Shown here in pieces: positions 20,340 to 30,956 of a DNA stretch of 64,000 nt. The notes below the pieces were generated by a model. That model did no database searches and was not told the DNA's origin. It saw nothing but the letters and a program-made list of their open reading frames with translations. Numbering within the stretch: position 1 is the first letter of the stretch; each line of letters starts with the position of its first letter. The stretch is from Bacteroidota bacterium (GTDB lineage: Bacteria; Bacteroidota; Bacteroidia; JACCXN01), in contig JACCXN010000035.1 in assembly GCA_013696965.1 (NCBI GenBank), positions 14,393 to 78,392 on the forward strand. The letters are read 5' to 3'. The translations under genes and the position numbers were made by a program.

Positions 20340-21914
20340 TTAGCAATTCTCACATTTTAATCCATGGGGTGTCATTTTCCATCTTTTTCCAGCCATGTTT
20401 TTATCCTCAATATTATCTGTATTTTCAACATTGTAAAGCATTTTTTTAAGCAGGGGGTTTAACTCAACGGATTTTCCTTCTGGAACTCTTACAGTTATGT
20501 ATACTTGTTGCAACCTGTATTTATCTTCCTGTTCTATTTTATAAAAACCATCAAAAACAATAAGGGAATCAGCTTGTATATAATTATACCCTATTCTTTT
20601 GCTACGCTCTACGGCTTCTTTTTTATTAGATCCGAAACTTGTATTGGTAATATTAATTTTAAAACTATCTGATTCAGATGCAATAATATTTAATTTTGGA
20701 TAACCTACCAATACATGTTCATCCTCAATATGAAAAATACATGCTTTAGAATCGGCCTTGAATGTGAAATTTGGGCTGTTTAATTCGTTCATTCCAATAT
20801 ATAGGATATCGCTTGTTATTTGTGTGGGTGAAATTTCATTTACAAGTGAAGCCTTATTTGAAAAATCAGAAGACAATTTAAAGGCGCTGAAAATTAATAT
20901 TGCAATTCCTGCAAGCCAGAAAATAAAAAATACCGATCCCATTCCACTTATTTTTCTCTTTATATTAAATAGAATTTTAATACCTGCTATTAACAATGAA
21001 AAAAATGGAACAAACAAAACCAGGAACAATGCAATTTTCACTAATCTCATTTGCTCAGGGGAGCTGAAAAAATAAACAAAAACTTCATTGAATGAGAATC
21101 CGGAAACACTATCCAAACCTGCATCAATAAATACATTGCTTCCAACAAATAATACTATAATACTCACTAAAAATACGATAGAGAATAGGATTAATAGAAA
21201 TCCGAACAACTTTCCGATTGAAACAATTGCTAAGCGTAATATATTCAATATAAAATCAGTAAACCGATTTGCTGTATATTTTATCTTAGCGTAATTTTCA
21301 GATTTGTTTATGTTTTTAGCTTCGGTAGAAAATTCGTTGAATTTTTTTTTTATTCCTTCAAATTCTTCATGAACAGATTTGCTTATATTATTGATATTAA
21401 CTGGTTCGCCTTTCATTTCGAGCTTTTCAGCCGATGTTTTGGCTTGTGGAATAATTATCCAAAGAATAATATATAATAATGGGCCTGTTCCAAAAATAAA
21501 AAGCATCAATACAAATAAAAGACGTAACCAAATGGGGTCACTAATTCCAAAATAGGCAGATAATCCAGAACAAACTCCTCCAAATATCCTGTTGTCCGGA
21601 TCCCTGAATATCCTGTTTCTTGTTTGTTGGCCTTGTACAGGAGGGCTTTGACCATCCACAAATTCCTCTGGCTGTCCCATTATGGCAATTACTTCATCTA
21701 CATCCGAATCAGTTATTACCTGATTGGTTGCTGTAATTTTCGCTTTAAACATTTCTGCTATCCTGGCTTCAATATCAGCCATTATTTCTGCCTTGCCTTC
21801 GGAAGCATTAAAATAACTGCCTATTGTTTGCAAATAAACATTCAGTTTATCGTAAGCATCCTCATTTAAGTGAAAAATCATTCCACTAATATTACTAATT
21901 ACCGTTTTATTCAT
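20340..21914 (-). CDS. PspC-domain membrane protein
   Basis: EDAYDKL..YL, DIEARIAE, RIFRDPDNRIFGGVCSGL, YIILWIIIP. Confidence 0.92.
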   Translation of the reverse strand: MNKTVISNISGMIFHLNEDAYDKLNVYLQTIGSYFNASEGKAEIMADIEARIAEMFKAKITATNQVITDSDVDEVIAIMGQPEEFVDGQSPPVQGQQTRNRIFRDPDNRIFGGVCSGLSAYFGISDPIWLRLLFVLMLFIFGTGPLLYIILWIIIPQAKTSAEKLEMKGEPVNINNISKSVHEEFEGIKKKFNEFSTEAKNINKSENYAKIKYTANRFTDFILNILRLAIVSIGKLFGFLLILFSIVFLVSIIVLFVGSNVFIDAGLDSVSGFSFNEVFVYFFSSPEQMRLVKIALFLVLFVPFFSLLIAGIKILFNIKRKISGMGSVFFIFWLAGIAILIFSAFKLSSDFSNKASLVNEISPTQITSDILYIGMNELNSPNFTFKADSKACIFHIEDEHVLVGYPKLNIIASESDSFKINITNTSFGSNKKEAVERSKRIGYNYIQADSLIVFDGFYKIEQEDKYRLQQVYITVRVPEGKSVELNPLLKKMLYNVENTDNIEDKNMAGKRWKMTPHGLKCENC

Positions 21915-22245
21915 TTTGTTTTTGATTTAAAATTGATTCAACTGCCTGTACAAGTTCTTTCCATGATTCTTTCAAACTGGCAAGGAAAGCTTCTCCAATT
22001 GAAGTTAATTCATAATATTTTCTTGGTGGCCCTGAAAGTGATTCCTCCCATCTGTATGAAAGTAAACCTTCGTTTTTTAATCTTGTTAAAAGGGGATATA
22101 AGGTTCCTTCAACCACAATTAATTTAGCTTCTTTTAATCTAGCGATTATTTCTGAGGGATAAGCATCCCCTCTTGACAAAATGGAAAGAATACAGAATTC
22201 CAGTATTCCTTTTCGCATTTGTTGCTTTACATTTTCCGGGTTCAT
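21907..22245 (-). CDS. PadR-family transcriptional regulator
   Basis: QMRKGILE, EGTLYPLLTRL, GPPRKYY. Confidence 0.95.
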   Translation of the reverse strand: MNPENVKQQMRKGILEFCILSILSRGDAYPSEIIARLKEAKLIVVEGTLYPLLTRLKNEGLLSYRWEESLSGPPRKYYELTSIGEAFLASLKESWKELVQAVESILNQKQNE

Positions 22246-22284
22246 TTCTTATTGGTTATTCATTTTGTTGCACCAAAGGTAAAT

Positions 22285-22321
22285 AAAATATAGTACTATG
22301 CAATACAAAGTACTATATTTT
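22285..22321. promoter_or_regulatory. Inverted-repeat operator, likely PadR site, next to the minus-strand TACCTTTG box at 22274-22281
   Basis: AAAATATAGTACT-N11-AGTACTATATTTT with perfect 13-bp arms. Confidence 0.7.
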
Positions 22322-22409
22322 TTTATTCGTGCTTATAACTGTAAAATAATTTATTCATCATTTTAACTCTTAAAACAAAATTCATATTACTTTTGATGAA
22401 AATTTATAA

Positions 22410-23126
22410 ATGGAATTTCTTTTTTCGCTGGAAGGGCTAATTAGCCTTTTGACTTTAACTGTTTTAGAAATAGTTTTAGGAATTGATAATATTATTTTTA
22501 TTTCCATAGTTGCTGGAAAACTACCGGCAGAAAAACAGTTTAAAGCAAGGTTAATTGGTTTGAGCCTTGCTTTAATAATGCGTATTGCTTTGCTTTTTGC
22601 CATAACATGGATTATAGGATTAACCAAACCCTTATTTACTCTTTTTGATTTTACTGCCAGTTGGAGAGATTTAATACTTTTTGCAGGAGGTCTTTTCCTT
22701 ATGGCAAAAAGCACTACTGAGATTCATAGTAAGGTAAGTGGGGATGAGGATGTAAAATCATTGATTAAAAAACAAATGAGTTTTTCAACAGCTGTTATTC
22801 AGATTGTTTTGCTTGATATTGTTTTTTCATTTGACTCTATTCTTACTGCAATAGGTCTTACAAAAGAATTTATTATTATGGTAATTGCCGTAGTAATTGC
22901 ATTGATTATAATGCTTGTTTTTTCTGGAAAGGTCAGTAATTTTGTCAACAATCATCCAACGGTTAAAATACTTGCCTTATCCTTTTTATTAATGATTGGA
23001 ATGTTGCTTGTTTTTGATTCATTTCACCTTCATGTTCCCAAAGGTTATGTTTATTTTTCACTGGCATTTTCAATGTTTATTGAAGTGCTGAATTTACGAA
23101 TGAGAAAAAATATTCAGAAAGAGTAG
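22410..23126 (+). CDS. TerC-family membrane protein
   Basis: LEIVLGIDNIIFI, LDIVFSFDSILTA, HPTVKILAL; TACTTTTG box at 22388-22395. Confidence 0.93.
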   Translation: MEFLFSLEGLISLLTLTVLEIVLGIDNIIFISIVAGKLPAEKQFKARLIGLSLALIMRIALLFAITWIIGLTKPLFTLFDFTASWRDLILFAGGLFLMAKSTTEIHSKVSGDEDVKSLIKKQMSFSTAVIQIVLLDIVFSFDSILTAIGLTKEFIIMVIAVVIALIIMLVFSGKVSNFVNNHPTVKILALSFLLMIGMLLVFDSFHLHVPKGYVYFSLAFSMFIEVLNLRMRKNIQKE

Positions 23127-23139
23127 AAATAGGTTTTTT

Positions 23140-23718
23140 TTATTTTCTTACCGGAAGAATTCTTCTGAAAAAAGAAACTTTTTTATCAAGAGCAGGAATA
23201 TAAATCTGGCTTGCTGATTTTACATCCTCCACAGAAAAGAAGGCGTTGGGGTTATATTCATTAATAAGGTCAATTACTTTACCAACATTTATTCTTTTTA
23301 CCGTTGTGAAAAGTATTTTAACGGGCCCTCTGGCACCTTGGGCATCCACAATGGTAAGGCCATATTTTTCCCTATCCAAGGCAGAGATAAGCTTTTCACA
23401 GCTTTGATTGGTTATTATTCTAACTACCTGTACACCCAAGGCTATTTTTTCTTCCAAAACCAATCCAATATAACTTCCCGTTGCATATCCTCCAGCCCAT
23501 GCGAAATAAAAAAGCCAGTTGTTGTTTAAATTTTGAAAAATTTGGCTGATTGCAGCCAGCCAAATCAACACTTCAAAAAATCCTATGAAAGGAACAATTT
23601 TTTTATGTCCTTTTGCGGCTAATACAGAACGTAAGGTACCCAGGCTAACATCACAAACCCTTGCAAAAAAAATCAGAAGTGGGAATAAAATCCAATTGTT
23701 ATAATCAAAACCTTCCAT
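23140..23718 (-). CDS. DUF2179/DUF5698 membrane protein
   Basis: FFARVCDVSLGTLR, GFFEVLIW, NPNAFFSVEDV. Confidence 0.85.
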   Translation of the reverse strand: MEGFDYNNWILFPLLIFFARVCDVSLGTLRSVLAAKGHKKIVPFIGFFEVLIWLAAISQIFQNLNNNWLFYFAWAGGYATGSYIGLVLEEKIALGVQVVRIITNQSCEKLISALDREKYGLTIVDAQGARGPVKILFTTVKRINVGKVIDLINEYNPNAFFSVEDVKSASQIYIPALDKKVSFFRRILPVRK

Positions 23719-24026
23719 TGTATATATTATCTCTGTTTTATATTTATTTAATATATTAAAATAATCTGATGAAAAAAAACACCTTTTTATTTAAGAAAAC
23801 TTACATTTAGTAACTCGATTGTAATTTTTATTATTTTGCATTTTAAATACAAACACTATTAGTATAACAAATACAATAGGAATAAAGGTATTAGGTTATA
23901 GCCTTTTAAAAGACTACAAAATTACTGATAATTTTTCAAGCTTAAACAACAAAAAAAAATGTATTTAATAATGTAAACAAGCATTAATAGGATGTATTGC
24001 ATTAAATTTAGTTACTTTGTTTTACT

Positions 24027-26072
24027 ATGGAACTTATACTAAAGTGGTGGGAGGTAAATTTCCCCATTGTTGATCCGGTATTAATATTTTCTCTTGTACT
24101 GTTTATTATCCTGTTATCTCCAATTTTGCTTCAAAGATTCAGGGTTCCTGCTGTGGTGGGGCTTTTATTAGCGGGGGTTGTTATTGGTCCCCATGCTTTG
24201 AATCTTCTTGAAAGGGATAAGAGTTTTGAGTTGTTTGGAATGGTAGGCCTTTTGTATATCATGTTTTTGGCCGGCCTTGAGCTGGACCTTACACAATTCC
24301 GAAAGAATAAAAGTAAAAGTCTTGTATTTGGTTTCATTACTTTTTTAATTCCCCAGGCTCTTGGAATTTTGGTTGCCTTCTACATTCTGAATTTTAATAT
24401 TATATCTTCTGTATTATTGGCCAGTATGTTCGCCTCCCATACCTTAATTGCCTATCCGGTAGTTAGCAGGTTAGGGATTACCCGTACCCAGGTTGTAACC
24501 GTAATAATTGGTGGTACACTGGTAACAAATATCATAGCCCTTATGATTTTATCTGTGATTACTAGTATGTCCAGGGGAGAGTTAGAAACTTTGTTTTGGG
24601 TAGAATTTTTAGTTTCACTTTCGATTTATGGATTTATTGTTTTTTGGGGAATACCAAAAATTGGAAGGTGGTTTTTCAAAAACTTTGAAGGGCAGGGAGG
24701 AACTCATTATATTTTCGTTCTTGCTGTTGTTTTTGCTGCTTCTTATTTTGCCAATGCAGCTAAAATAGAGCCTATAATTGGGGCCTTTATTGCCGGGCTT
24801 GCAATGAATAAATTAATTCCAAACACCTCTCCTCTAATGAACAGGATAGATTTTATTGGAAACAATTTATTCATTCCATTTTTCCTTATTGGAGTTGGAA
24901 TGTTAATAAATTTGAGGGTGTTTTTTAATGGAACAGAGGCATTGAAAGTTGCAGCCCTTATGATTGTTGTTGCACTTCTAAGTAAATGGATCGCAGCATT
25001 TATTACTCAAAAAATATTTAATTATTCCAAAATTGAAAAAAATCTAATGTTTGGATTAAGTTCAGCACAGGCTGCCTCCACACTTGCTGCTGTAACTATT
25101 GGGTTTAACCTTGGCCTTTTAAATGAAAATGTATTGAATGGGACCATTTTAATGATCCTGTTTACATGTCTGATCAGTTCTTTTGTAACAGAGAAAGCAG
25201 GCCGGGAACTGGCAATTATTGAGGGTAACAAAGCCCCCGATCTGTGGGATATTCCAAATAGAGTATTAGTTCCTATTTCTAATCCTGCAACAATTGAAAA
25301 TCTAATGGATCTTGCCATTATGATAAAAAATGATATTTCAAATGAGCCAATTTTTGCACTGGCTGTGGTAAAGGATGATGTAGATGCAAAAGAGAAACTG
25401 GTTTTGAGTGAGAGGATGCTTGAAAAAGCAATTAGCCATGCCTCATCTACAGAAAATGCAGTTAGGGTTGTAACCCGGGTTGATTTAAATATTGCAAGCG
25501 GTGTAATTAGGGCCATTAGAGATTTAATGATTACTGAAGTTATAATTGGCTGGAACGCTAAAATAAGTGCTAAAAGCAATATTTTTGGTAACATTTTAGA
25601 TGTATTGCTTGAAAATTCGGAACAAATGATACTGGTTAGTAAAATCATTAATCCACTTAATACTATTGATAAAATAGTTGTACTTGTACCACCAAATGCA
25701 GAATATGAAAAAGGTTTTATTCATTGGGTGAGAACAATTAAAAAACTTTCAAAACAAACCGGAGCAAGTGTTGTGTTTTATTCTTCAGATTTTACAAAGG
25801 AAAAATTAATTGCTGCTACAAAAGCCACAAAGCCTGCAATTAGCTCTTCTTACAAAGAGTTTAATGAATGGGATGATTTTTCGTCTTTATCAAAGGAAAT
25901 TAAAGCTGATGATTTGCTGGTGATCATTAGTGCCCGTAAATCTACAGTTTCCTATAAGCATTTCCTTGATAATGTTCCAAAAAATCTTGCAAAATATTTT
26001 GAATCCTCTAACTTTATTATTGTGTTTCCAGAACAAACCCTGGAGCCAGATGTTTTTAAACATATGCAATAA
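24027..26072 (+). CDS. Cation:proton antiporter (CPA2) with C-terminal USP-like domains
   Basis: GLLYIMFLAGLELD, ASHTL, EPIIGAF, many TMs, RVLVPISNP soluble tail. Confidence 0.9.
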   Translation: MELILKWWEVNFPIVDPVLIFSLVLFIILLSPILLQRFRVPAVVGLLLAGVVIGPHALNLLERDKSFELFGMVGLLYIMFLAGLELDLTQFRKNKSKSLVFGFITFLIPQALGILVAFYILNFNIISSVLLASMFASHTLIAYPVVSRLGITRTQVVTVIIGGTLVTNIIALMILSVITSMSRGELETLFWVEFLVSLSIYGFIVFWGIPKIGRWFFKNFEGQGGTHYIFVLAVVFAASYFANAAKIEPIIGAFIAGLAMNKLIPNTSPLMNRIDFIGNNLFIPFFLIGVGMLINLRVFFNGTEALKVAALMIVVALLSKWIAAFITQKIFNYSKIEKNLMFGLSSAQAASTLAAVTIGFNLGLLNENVLNGTILMILFTCLISSFVTEKAGRELAIIEGNKAPDLWDIPNRVLVPISNPATIENLMDLAIMIKNDISNEPIFALAVVKDDVDAKEKLVLSERMLEKAISHASSTENAVRVVTRVDLNIASGVIRAIRDLMITEVIIGWNAKISAKSNIFGNILDVLLENSEQMILVSKIINPLNTIDKIVVLVPPNAEYEKGFIHWVRTIKKLSKQTGASVVFYSSDFTKEKLIAATKATKPAISSSYKEFNEWDDFSSLSKEIKADDLLVIISARKSTVSYKHFLDNVPKNLAKYFESSNFIIVFPEQTLEPDVFKHMQ

Positions 26073-26443
26073 AGCATTTTGCAGGTTTTTCCTAAGCATT
26101 AAAAAATGTTTAAATTTAACTCGCATTTATTCTATATGCAGGAAAAATAATATTATAAATCCCTCGTTTTATATTTATACAAAAATGAAAACAGGCCCGT
26201 TAGCCTCATTTTTTATTATTTCTATAACACCCTACAAAAAGATATTTTTTTTCGAACAATTTTTTTTTAAATTTGTTATAGGTATTTTATTTATTTGTAT
26301 AATTGCATCCTCAAATCCGTTTTATAGCCTGAGATTCTTCAAAAAATAAACTATCCGGAAATTTTAGAGCATTTAATACAAATTTCTTTAATTGATTTTT
26401 AAATCAAACCCATTTTATAAAACAAACCTTTTTAAATAGTTGC

Positions 26444-28204
26444 ATGTACGATATAATTGAGTTGAATAGTAAACTTGTGAGTGAGCTTAGAGATATAGCA
26501 AAAAACTTAAACATTCCCAAATTCGATACCCTAAAAAAACAGGAATTGGTATATCAGATATTAGATTATCAAGCCATAAAATCCGTTAAAAAAGAAGACT
26601 TTACAGAATCAAAATCTGAAAAAAGACCAATAGAAAAGCCAAGAATTCCAAGAAAAAGTTTTGTTTCTAAAAGCACTCCAGATCACCATTCCCAGGTAAG
26701 TACAGAAACAAATGAAATTGAACGGGTTAAACCTCCTTCAGAAGTTGCCGACAATTCAGATTACAGGGATTTTGGAAATAAAGCAAAACCAGAATCTGAG
26801 AAACCTTTGGTGGAAATAGAAGCTCCATTGGAAATTGAAAGCAATAAAAATATTCCTCAAGAGATTGGTTCATCTGATGTGCAGAGAGAAAGAAAATTTC
26901 CTGAGCAAAAAAAACCGGGACAGTTTAAAAACCCGAACCAAAACCCGAACCAAAATTTAAACCTTAATCCAAACCAAAACCCTAATCCAAACCCAAACCA
27001 AAACCCAAATCCAAACCCAAACCAAAATCAAAACCAAAATCCAAACCAAAATCCAAACCAAAATCGCAGAAATGAACCTTTGTTTAATTTTGATGGGATC
27101 ATTATTAGTGAAGGAGTTCTAGAGATAATGCCGGATGGTTATGGATTTTTAAGGTCATCAGATTACAATTACCTGAATTCTCCAGATGATATTTATGTTT
27201 CCCAATCTCAAATTAAATTATTTGGTTTAAAAACCGGAGATACTGTAAAAGGAAGTGTACGCCCACCAAAAGAAGGTGAAAAATATTTTCCACTTATTAA
27301 AGTAGATAAAATAAATGGACAGGATCCTGCCATTGTGAGAGATCGTGTACCCTTTGATTACCTTACACCCTTGTTTCCAGAGCAAAGATTGCAACTGACT
27401 TCCAAAAGAAGTTCCCAGTCCATGCGCATAATGGATATGTTTACCCCTATTGGTAAAGGACAGCGTGGATTAATTGTTGCTCAACCTAAGACAGGAAAAA
27501 CGACTCTTCTGAAAGAGGTGGCTAATGCTATTGCTGAAAATCATCCTGAAGTTTATCTTATTATATTATTGATTGATGAGAGACCTGAAGAGGTTACTGA
27601 TATGGCAAGAAGCGTAAAGGCAGAAGTAATTTCTTCTACTTTTGATGAACCCGCAGAAAGGCATGTTAAGGTTGCAAACATTGTATTGGAAAAAGCAAAG
27701 AGATTGGTTGAATGTGGACATGATGTTGTTATCCTTTTGGATTCAATTACAAGGCTTGCCAGAGCTTATAACACTGTGTCTCCAGCCTCAGGAAAGGTTC
27801 TTTCGGGAGGTGTGGATGCCAATGCACTTCACAAACCAAAAAGATTTTTTGGCGCTGCAAGAAAAATTGAAAATGGAGGTTCCCTTACAATTCTTGCAAC
27901 TGCCCTTACCGATACTGGTTCAAAAATGGATGAAGTTATTTTTGAAGAGTTTAAAGGAACGGGTAATATGGAATTGCAGCTTGATCGTAAACTTTCCAAT
28001 AAGCGATTGTATCCTGCAATTGATATTAATATTTCAAGTACAAGAAGAGAAGATTTGCTTTTAGATAAGGAATCTCTTCAGAGAATTTGGGTTTTAAGAA
28101 ATCTGCTTTCTGATATGAATTCAGTTGAGGCTATGCAGTTCCTACAGGATAGAATGAGAAATACCAAGACTAATGAGGAGTTCCTAATCTCAATGAACGG
28201 ATAA
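26444..28204 (+). CDS. rho: Transcription termination factor Rho with N-terminal low-complexity insertion
   Basis: [58 protein letters not shown]. Confidence 0.98.
   Translation: MYDIIELNSKLVSELRDIAKNLNIPKFDTLKKQELVYQILDYQAIKSVKKEDFTESKSEKRPIEKPRIPRKSFVSKSTPDHHSQVSTETNEIERVKPPSEVADNSDYRDFGNKAKPESEKPLVEIEAPLEIESNKNIPQEIGSSDVQRERKFPEQKKPGQFKNPNQNPNQNLNLNPNQNPNPNPNQNPNPNPNQNQNQNPNQNPNQNRRNEPLFNFDGIIISEGVLEIMPDGYGFLRSSDYNYLNSPDDIYVSQSQIKLFGLKTGDTVKGSVRPPKEGEKYFPLIKVDKINGQDPAIVRDRVPFDYLTPLFPEQRLQLTSKRSSQSMRIMDMFTPIGKGQRGLIVAQPKTGKTTLLKEVANAIAENHPEVYLIILLIDERPEEVTDMARSVKAEVISSTFDEPAERHVKVANIVLEKAKRLVECGHDVVILLDSITRLARAYNTVSPASGKVLSGGVDANALHKPKRFFGAARKIENGGSLTILATALTDTGSKMDEVIFEEFKGTGNMELQLDRKLSNKRLYPAIDINISSTRREDLLLDKESLQRIWVLRNLLSDMNSVEAMQFLQDRMRNTKTNEEFLISMNG
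26930..27064 (+). repeat. (N-X)n coding repeat in rho, 45 codons
   Basis: [45 protein letters not shown], encoded by aaYcca/aaccaa-type hexamers. Confidence 0.95.
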
Positions 28205-28208
28205 TATA

Positions 28209-28721
28209 GTGAGGCAACTTGTTTTTAAATATGCTTTAGCCGTTTCTGCAGCTTCAATTTCTTTAAAATTGGTAATATTTTTCACCGAAAATCAGTTCTC
28301 CAAAATGGGCGATTATTCAAGCTATTTGATTTTCTTGTTTATTCTAATTGGGGTTTATTTTGGAATGCGCAATGCCAGGACCTTAAACAGCAGCCATACT
28401 CAGAGTTTTAGGGAAAACATAAATACAGGCTGTAAAATAGCTGCAATGAATGCGCTCGTTATGGGTGTTTTTATTTATGTTTATTATAATTTTATAGATT
28501 CAGCATATTTTACCGAAAAAATAAGGAATACCCTTTCCCTTATGACGGAAAATAATTATACTAAAGAGCAAATGAAGGAATATTACCTAAATGCTCGACT
28601 GTTATTTTTTGCTGCAGATAAAGTAGCCTCTTTTACTCTTTTTGGTTATTTACTTCTTGGATGTTTTTATGCTGTTGTTTCTGGCTTTGTTTTAAGAAAG
28701 AATGCAGTTTCAGGTATTTGA
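28209..28721 (+). CDS. DUF4199-like four-TM membrane protein
   Basis: Four hydrophobic segments, FIYVYYNFIDSAYF; follows rho. Confidence 0.7.
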   Translation: MRQLVFKYALAVSAASISLKLVIFFTENQFSKMGDYSSYLIFLFILIGVYFGMRNARTLNSSHTQSFRENINTGCKIAAMNALVMGVFIYVYYNFIDSAYFTEKIRNTLSLMTENNYTKEQMKEYYLNARLLFFAADKVASFTLFGYLLLGCFYAVVSGFVLRKNAVSGI

Positions 28722-28856
28722 TTTCTCAATTTTAATCCGTTAATGAAATACAATATTCAGTCAGAAAGGATAAATACGCCTTACTCAATACCTGCTTAGA
28801 ATTGATAATTCATTGTATGAATTTCAAAAAGGCAAAACACTCTAAAAAAAACAACA

Positions 28857-30818
28857 TTAGGCTTTTTCTGAGCTTTTTCCAAAAAAGTGAACAATCAGGA
28901 AGAGGATCAAAAAGCCAAAAGGGAATGTAATATAGGAGGAAACTCCCATTGCTCCGGGAATGGTTCCAAAAACCATGGCAACAGCTCCAACAGTTAAAGC
29001 ATAGGGCAATTGTGTTCTTACATGTTCAATATGGTTGCATGAGGAAGCAAGGGAACTTAAAATAGTTGTGTCTGATATAGGAGAGCTGTGATCCCCCAGA
29101 ACAGAACCAGCTAAAACTGTAGACACTACATTATAAAATATCATTAGCGTTGTTTCCTCTGAAAGACCTGTTTCCATACAAATATACCAGGTTGCAGGCA
29201 GCATGAGTGGATATAGGATTGCCATTGTACCCCAGGAAGAGCCAGTGGAAAAAGCTACCAAAGCCGCAAGAATAAAAGTGATTGCAGGAATAAAAATTGG
29301 GTTAACATCAACAGAAAGCATAATGCCGGTAATAAAATTTGCGGTGTGCATATCCTCTGTTACTAGTGCCAGAGACCAAGCAAGAACAAGTATCATTACT
29401 GCCCCAAGCATTGTTTTAAAACCCTTCATCATAGATTCCATTGTGGCATGAATATCCATAATTCTTTGTGAAAGGGTAAGTATAACAGCCGTTGCCAGCC
29501 CTGAAAGCGAGGACCACAATAATGCATGGTAGGAATTAGCATTTCCAATAATATGGGAAATTTTTCTGGCTAAACTAATGGCAGGATCATTCCAAATTTC
29601 CGTATCCCACCCTGTATATAACAGACCAGCTATTGTTCCAAATATAACAACCAAAACGGGAATAACAGCATTGTACCATTTTGCTGTTATTCCTTTTACA
29701 GGTTCAAGCGATGCAAGTTCTTCATTATCCCCTGAAAGAGTATTGTGGATACTATTTCCTGCAATTCCTCTTGCTCTTCGTTCGGCTTTTAGCATGGGGC
29801 CAAAATCTCTGGCTTTTAAAATAAGCACTAAAATAAAAAACAAAGTAAAAATAGGATAAAATGCAAACTGCAAGGAATTGATAAAAACAGAATAAGCGCT
29901 TTCATCTAATCCGTCAATTACTCCAATACTATCTTTAATGTAACCCAATTGAGCCCCAATCCAAGTAGTTACAAATGCAATAGCTGCAATAGGGGCTGCT
30001 GTAGAATCAACAATATAGCTTAATTTTTCCCGTGAAATATTTAATCTGTCTGTTACAGGCCTCATCGTATTTCCAACCACAAGTGTATTGGCATAATCAT
30101 CAAAAAATATCACGATTCCTAAAAAATAAGTTGTAATTTGTCCTGAAAGAGCGGTTTTGGCATAAACAGAAATTTTATCCACAACGCCTTGCATACCCCC
30201 ATTCTTTGAAATAACGGTTACCATGGAACCTATTATCATAGAAAAGATGATAATGGAAAGGTGATCCCAATTTTCCAATGACTTTAAAATGTAGGTGTCA
30301 AGAACGGCCAGAAATCCACTAAATATTCCGGTTATTCCATGTAAATAAAAGTGAATAATTCCAGTTCCAATAAAAATACCCAGAAATAATGAACTTATTA
30401 CTTCTCTAAAAAAAAGCGCCATCAGTATGGCCACCAGGGGTGGAAGTATTGACATCCATAATGGGATGGGAGAAACCTTTTTTTGAAAAATAAAACCTTC
30501 GGAATGAATATTAAATTCACTTTCTTCCGAAAAAGTATAGGGTAAAATTCCTAAACCTTCAATTATATTTACTTGTATTTCGGCTCCATTTACAAAAATA
30601 TTAGCCTTGCCATTAATTTGAGAATCAAATTTAATCTTGATTTCTGATTCAACACCACTTACAATTATAGTTGGAAATATTACCTCTGCTTTGGAAAAAT
30701 CAGGTTGTATTTGATTTGCAGTTTGCTGCGAGACTATTGATAAGGAATCAGCAATAGCTGATTGCAGAAAACATACATTTACGATTAAAAAAAGTAAAAG
30801 ATATAAATGGTATCTCAC
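28857..30818 (-). CDS. NhaC-family Na+/H+ antiporter-like transporter
   Basis: FFDDYANTLVVG, SREKLSYIVDSTAAP, FSTGSSWGT, GDHSSPISDTT. Confidence 0.92.
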   Translation of the reverse strand: MRYHLYLLLFLIVNVCFLQSAIADSLSIVSQQTANQIQPDFSKAEVIFPTIIVSGVESEIKIKFDSQINGKANIFVNGAEIQVNIIEGLGILPYTFSEESEFNIHSEGFIFQKKVSPIPLWMSILPPLVAILMALFFREVISSLFLGIFIGTGIIHFYLHGITGIFSGFLAVLDTYILKSLENWDHLSIIIFSMIIGSMVTVISKNGGMQGVVDKISVYAKTALSGQITTYFLGIVIFFDDYANTLVVGNTMRPVTDRLNISREKLSYIVDSTAAPIAAIAFVTTWIGAQLGYIKDSIGVIDGLDESAYSVFINSLQFAFYPIFTLFFILVLILKARDFGPMLKAERRARGIAGNSIHNTLSGDNEELASLEPVKGITAKWYNAVIPVLVVIFGTIAGLLYTGWDTEIWNDPAISLARKISHIIGNANSYHALLWSSLSGLATAVILTLSQRIMDIHATMESMMKGFKTMLGAVMILVLAWSLALVTEDMHTANFITGIMLSVDVNPIFIPAITFILAALVAFSTGSSWGTMAILYPLMLPATWYICMETGLSEETTLMIFYNVVSTVLAGSVLGDHSSPISDTTILSSLASSCNHIEHVRTQLPYALTVGAVAMVFGTIPGAMGVSSYITFPFGFLILFLIVHFFGKSSEKA

Positions 30819-30956
30819 CTTGGTATTGTTTTTTATTAAGAATTCCCTTAAAGAGGTTTATTTCAAGTAAAGCATTGAAATAAATCCGAACAGTGGTTAC
30901 TTAGGCGGTAAAAATAATAAAAAAGTTATGCCTTTGATGATTTAGATAGGAATTCT

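Noticed and set aside
25022-25648. 208-aa antisense ORF, and the other short ORFs nested in long genes
   Set aside because: Opposite-strand or off-frame shadows of well-supported genes, with no motifs.
25930-26349. 139-aa ORF upstream of rho
   Set aside because: Overlaps the antiporter end and runs through AT-rich promoter DNA; F/I/K-biased with no recognisable domain.
26930-27064. Non-coding microsatellite or assembly artefact
   Set aside because: In frame within rho, with synonymous variation between units.
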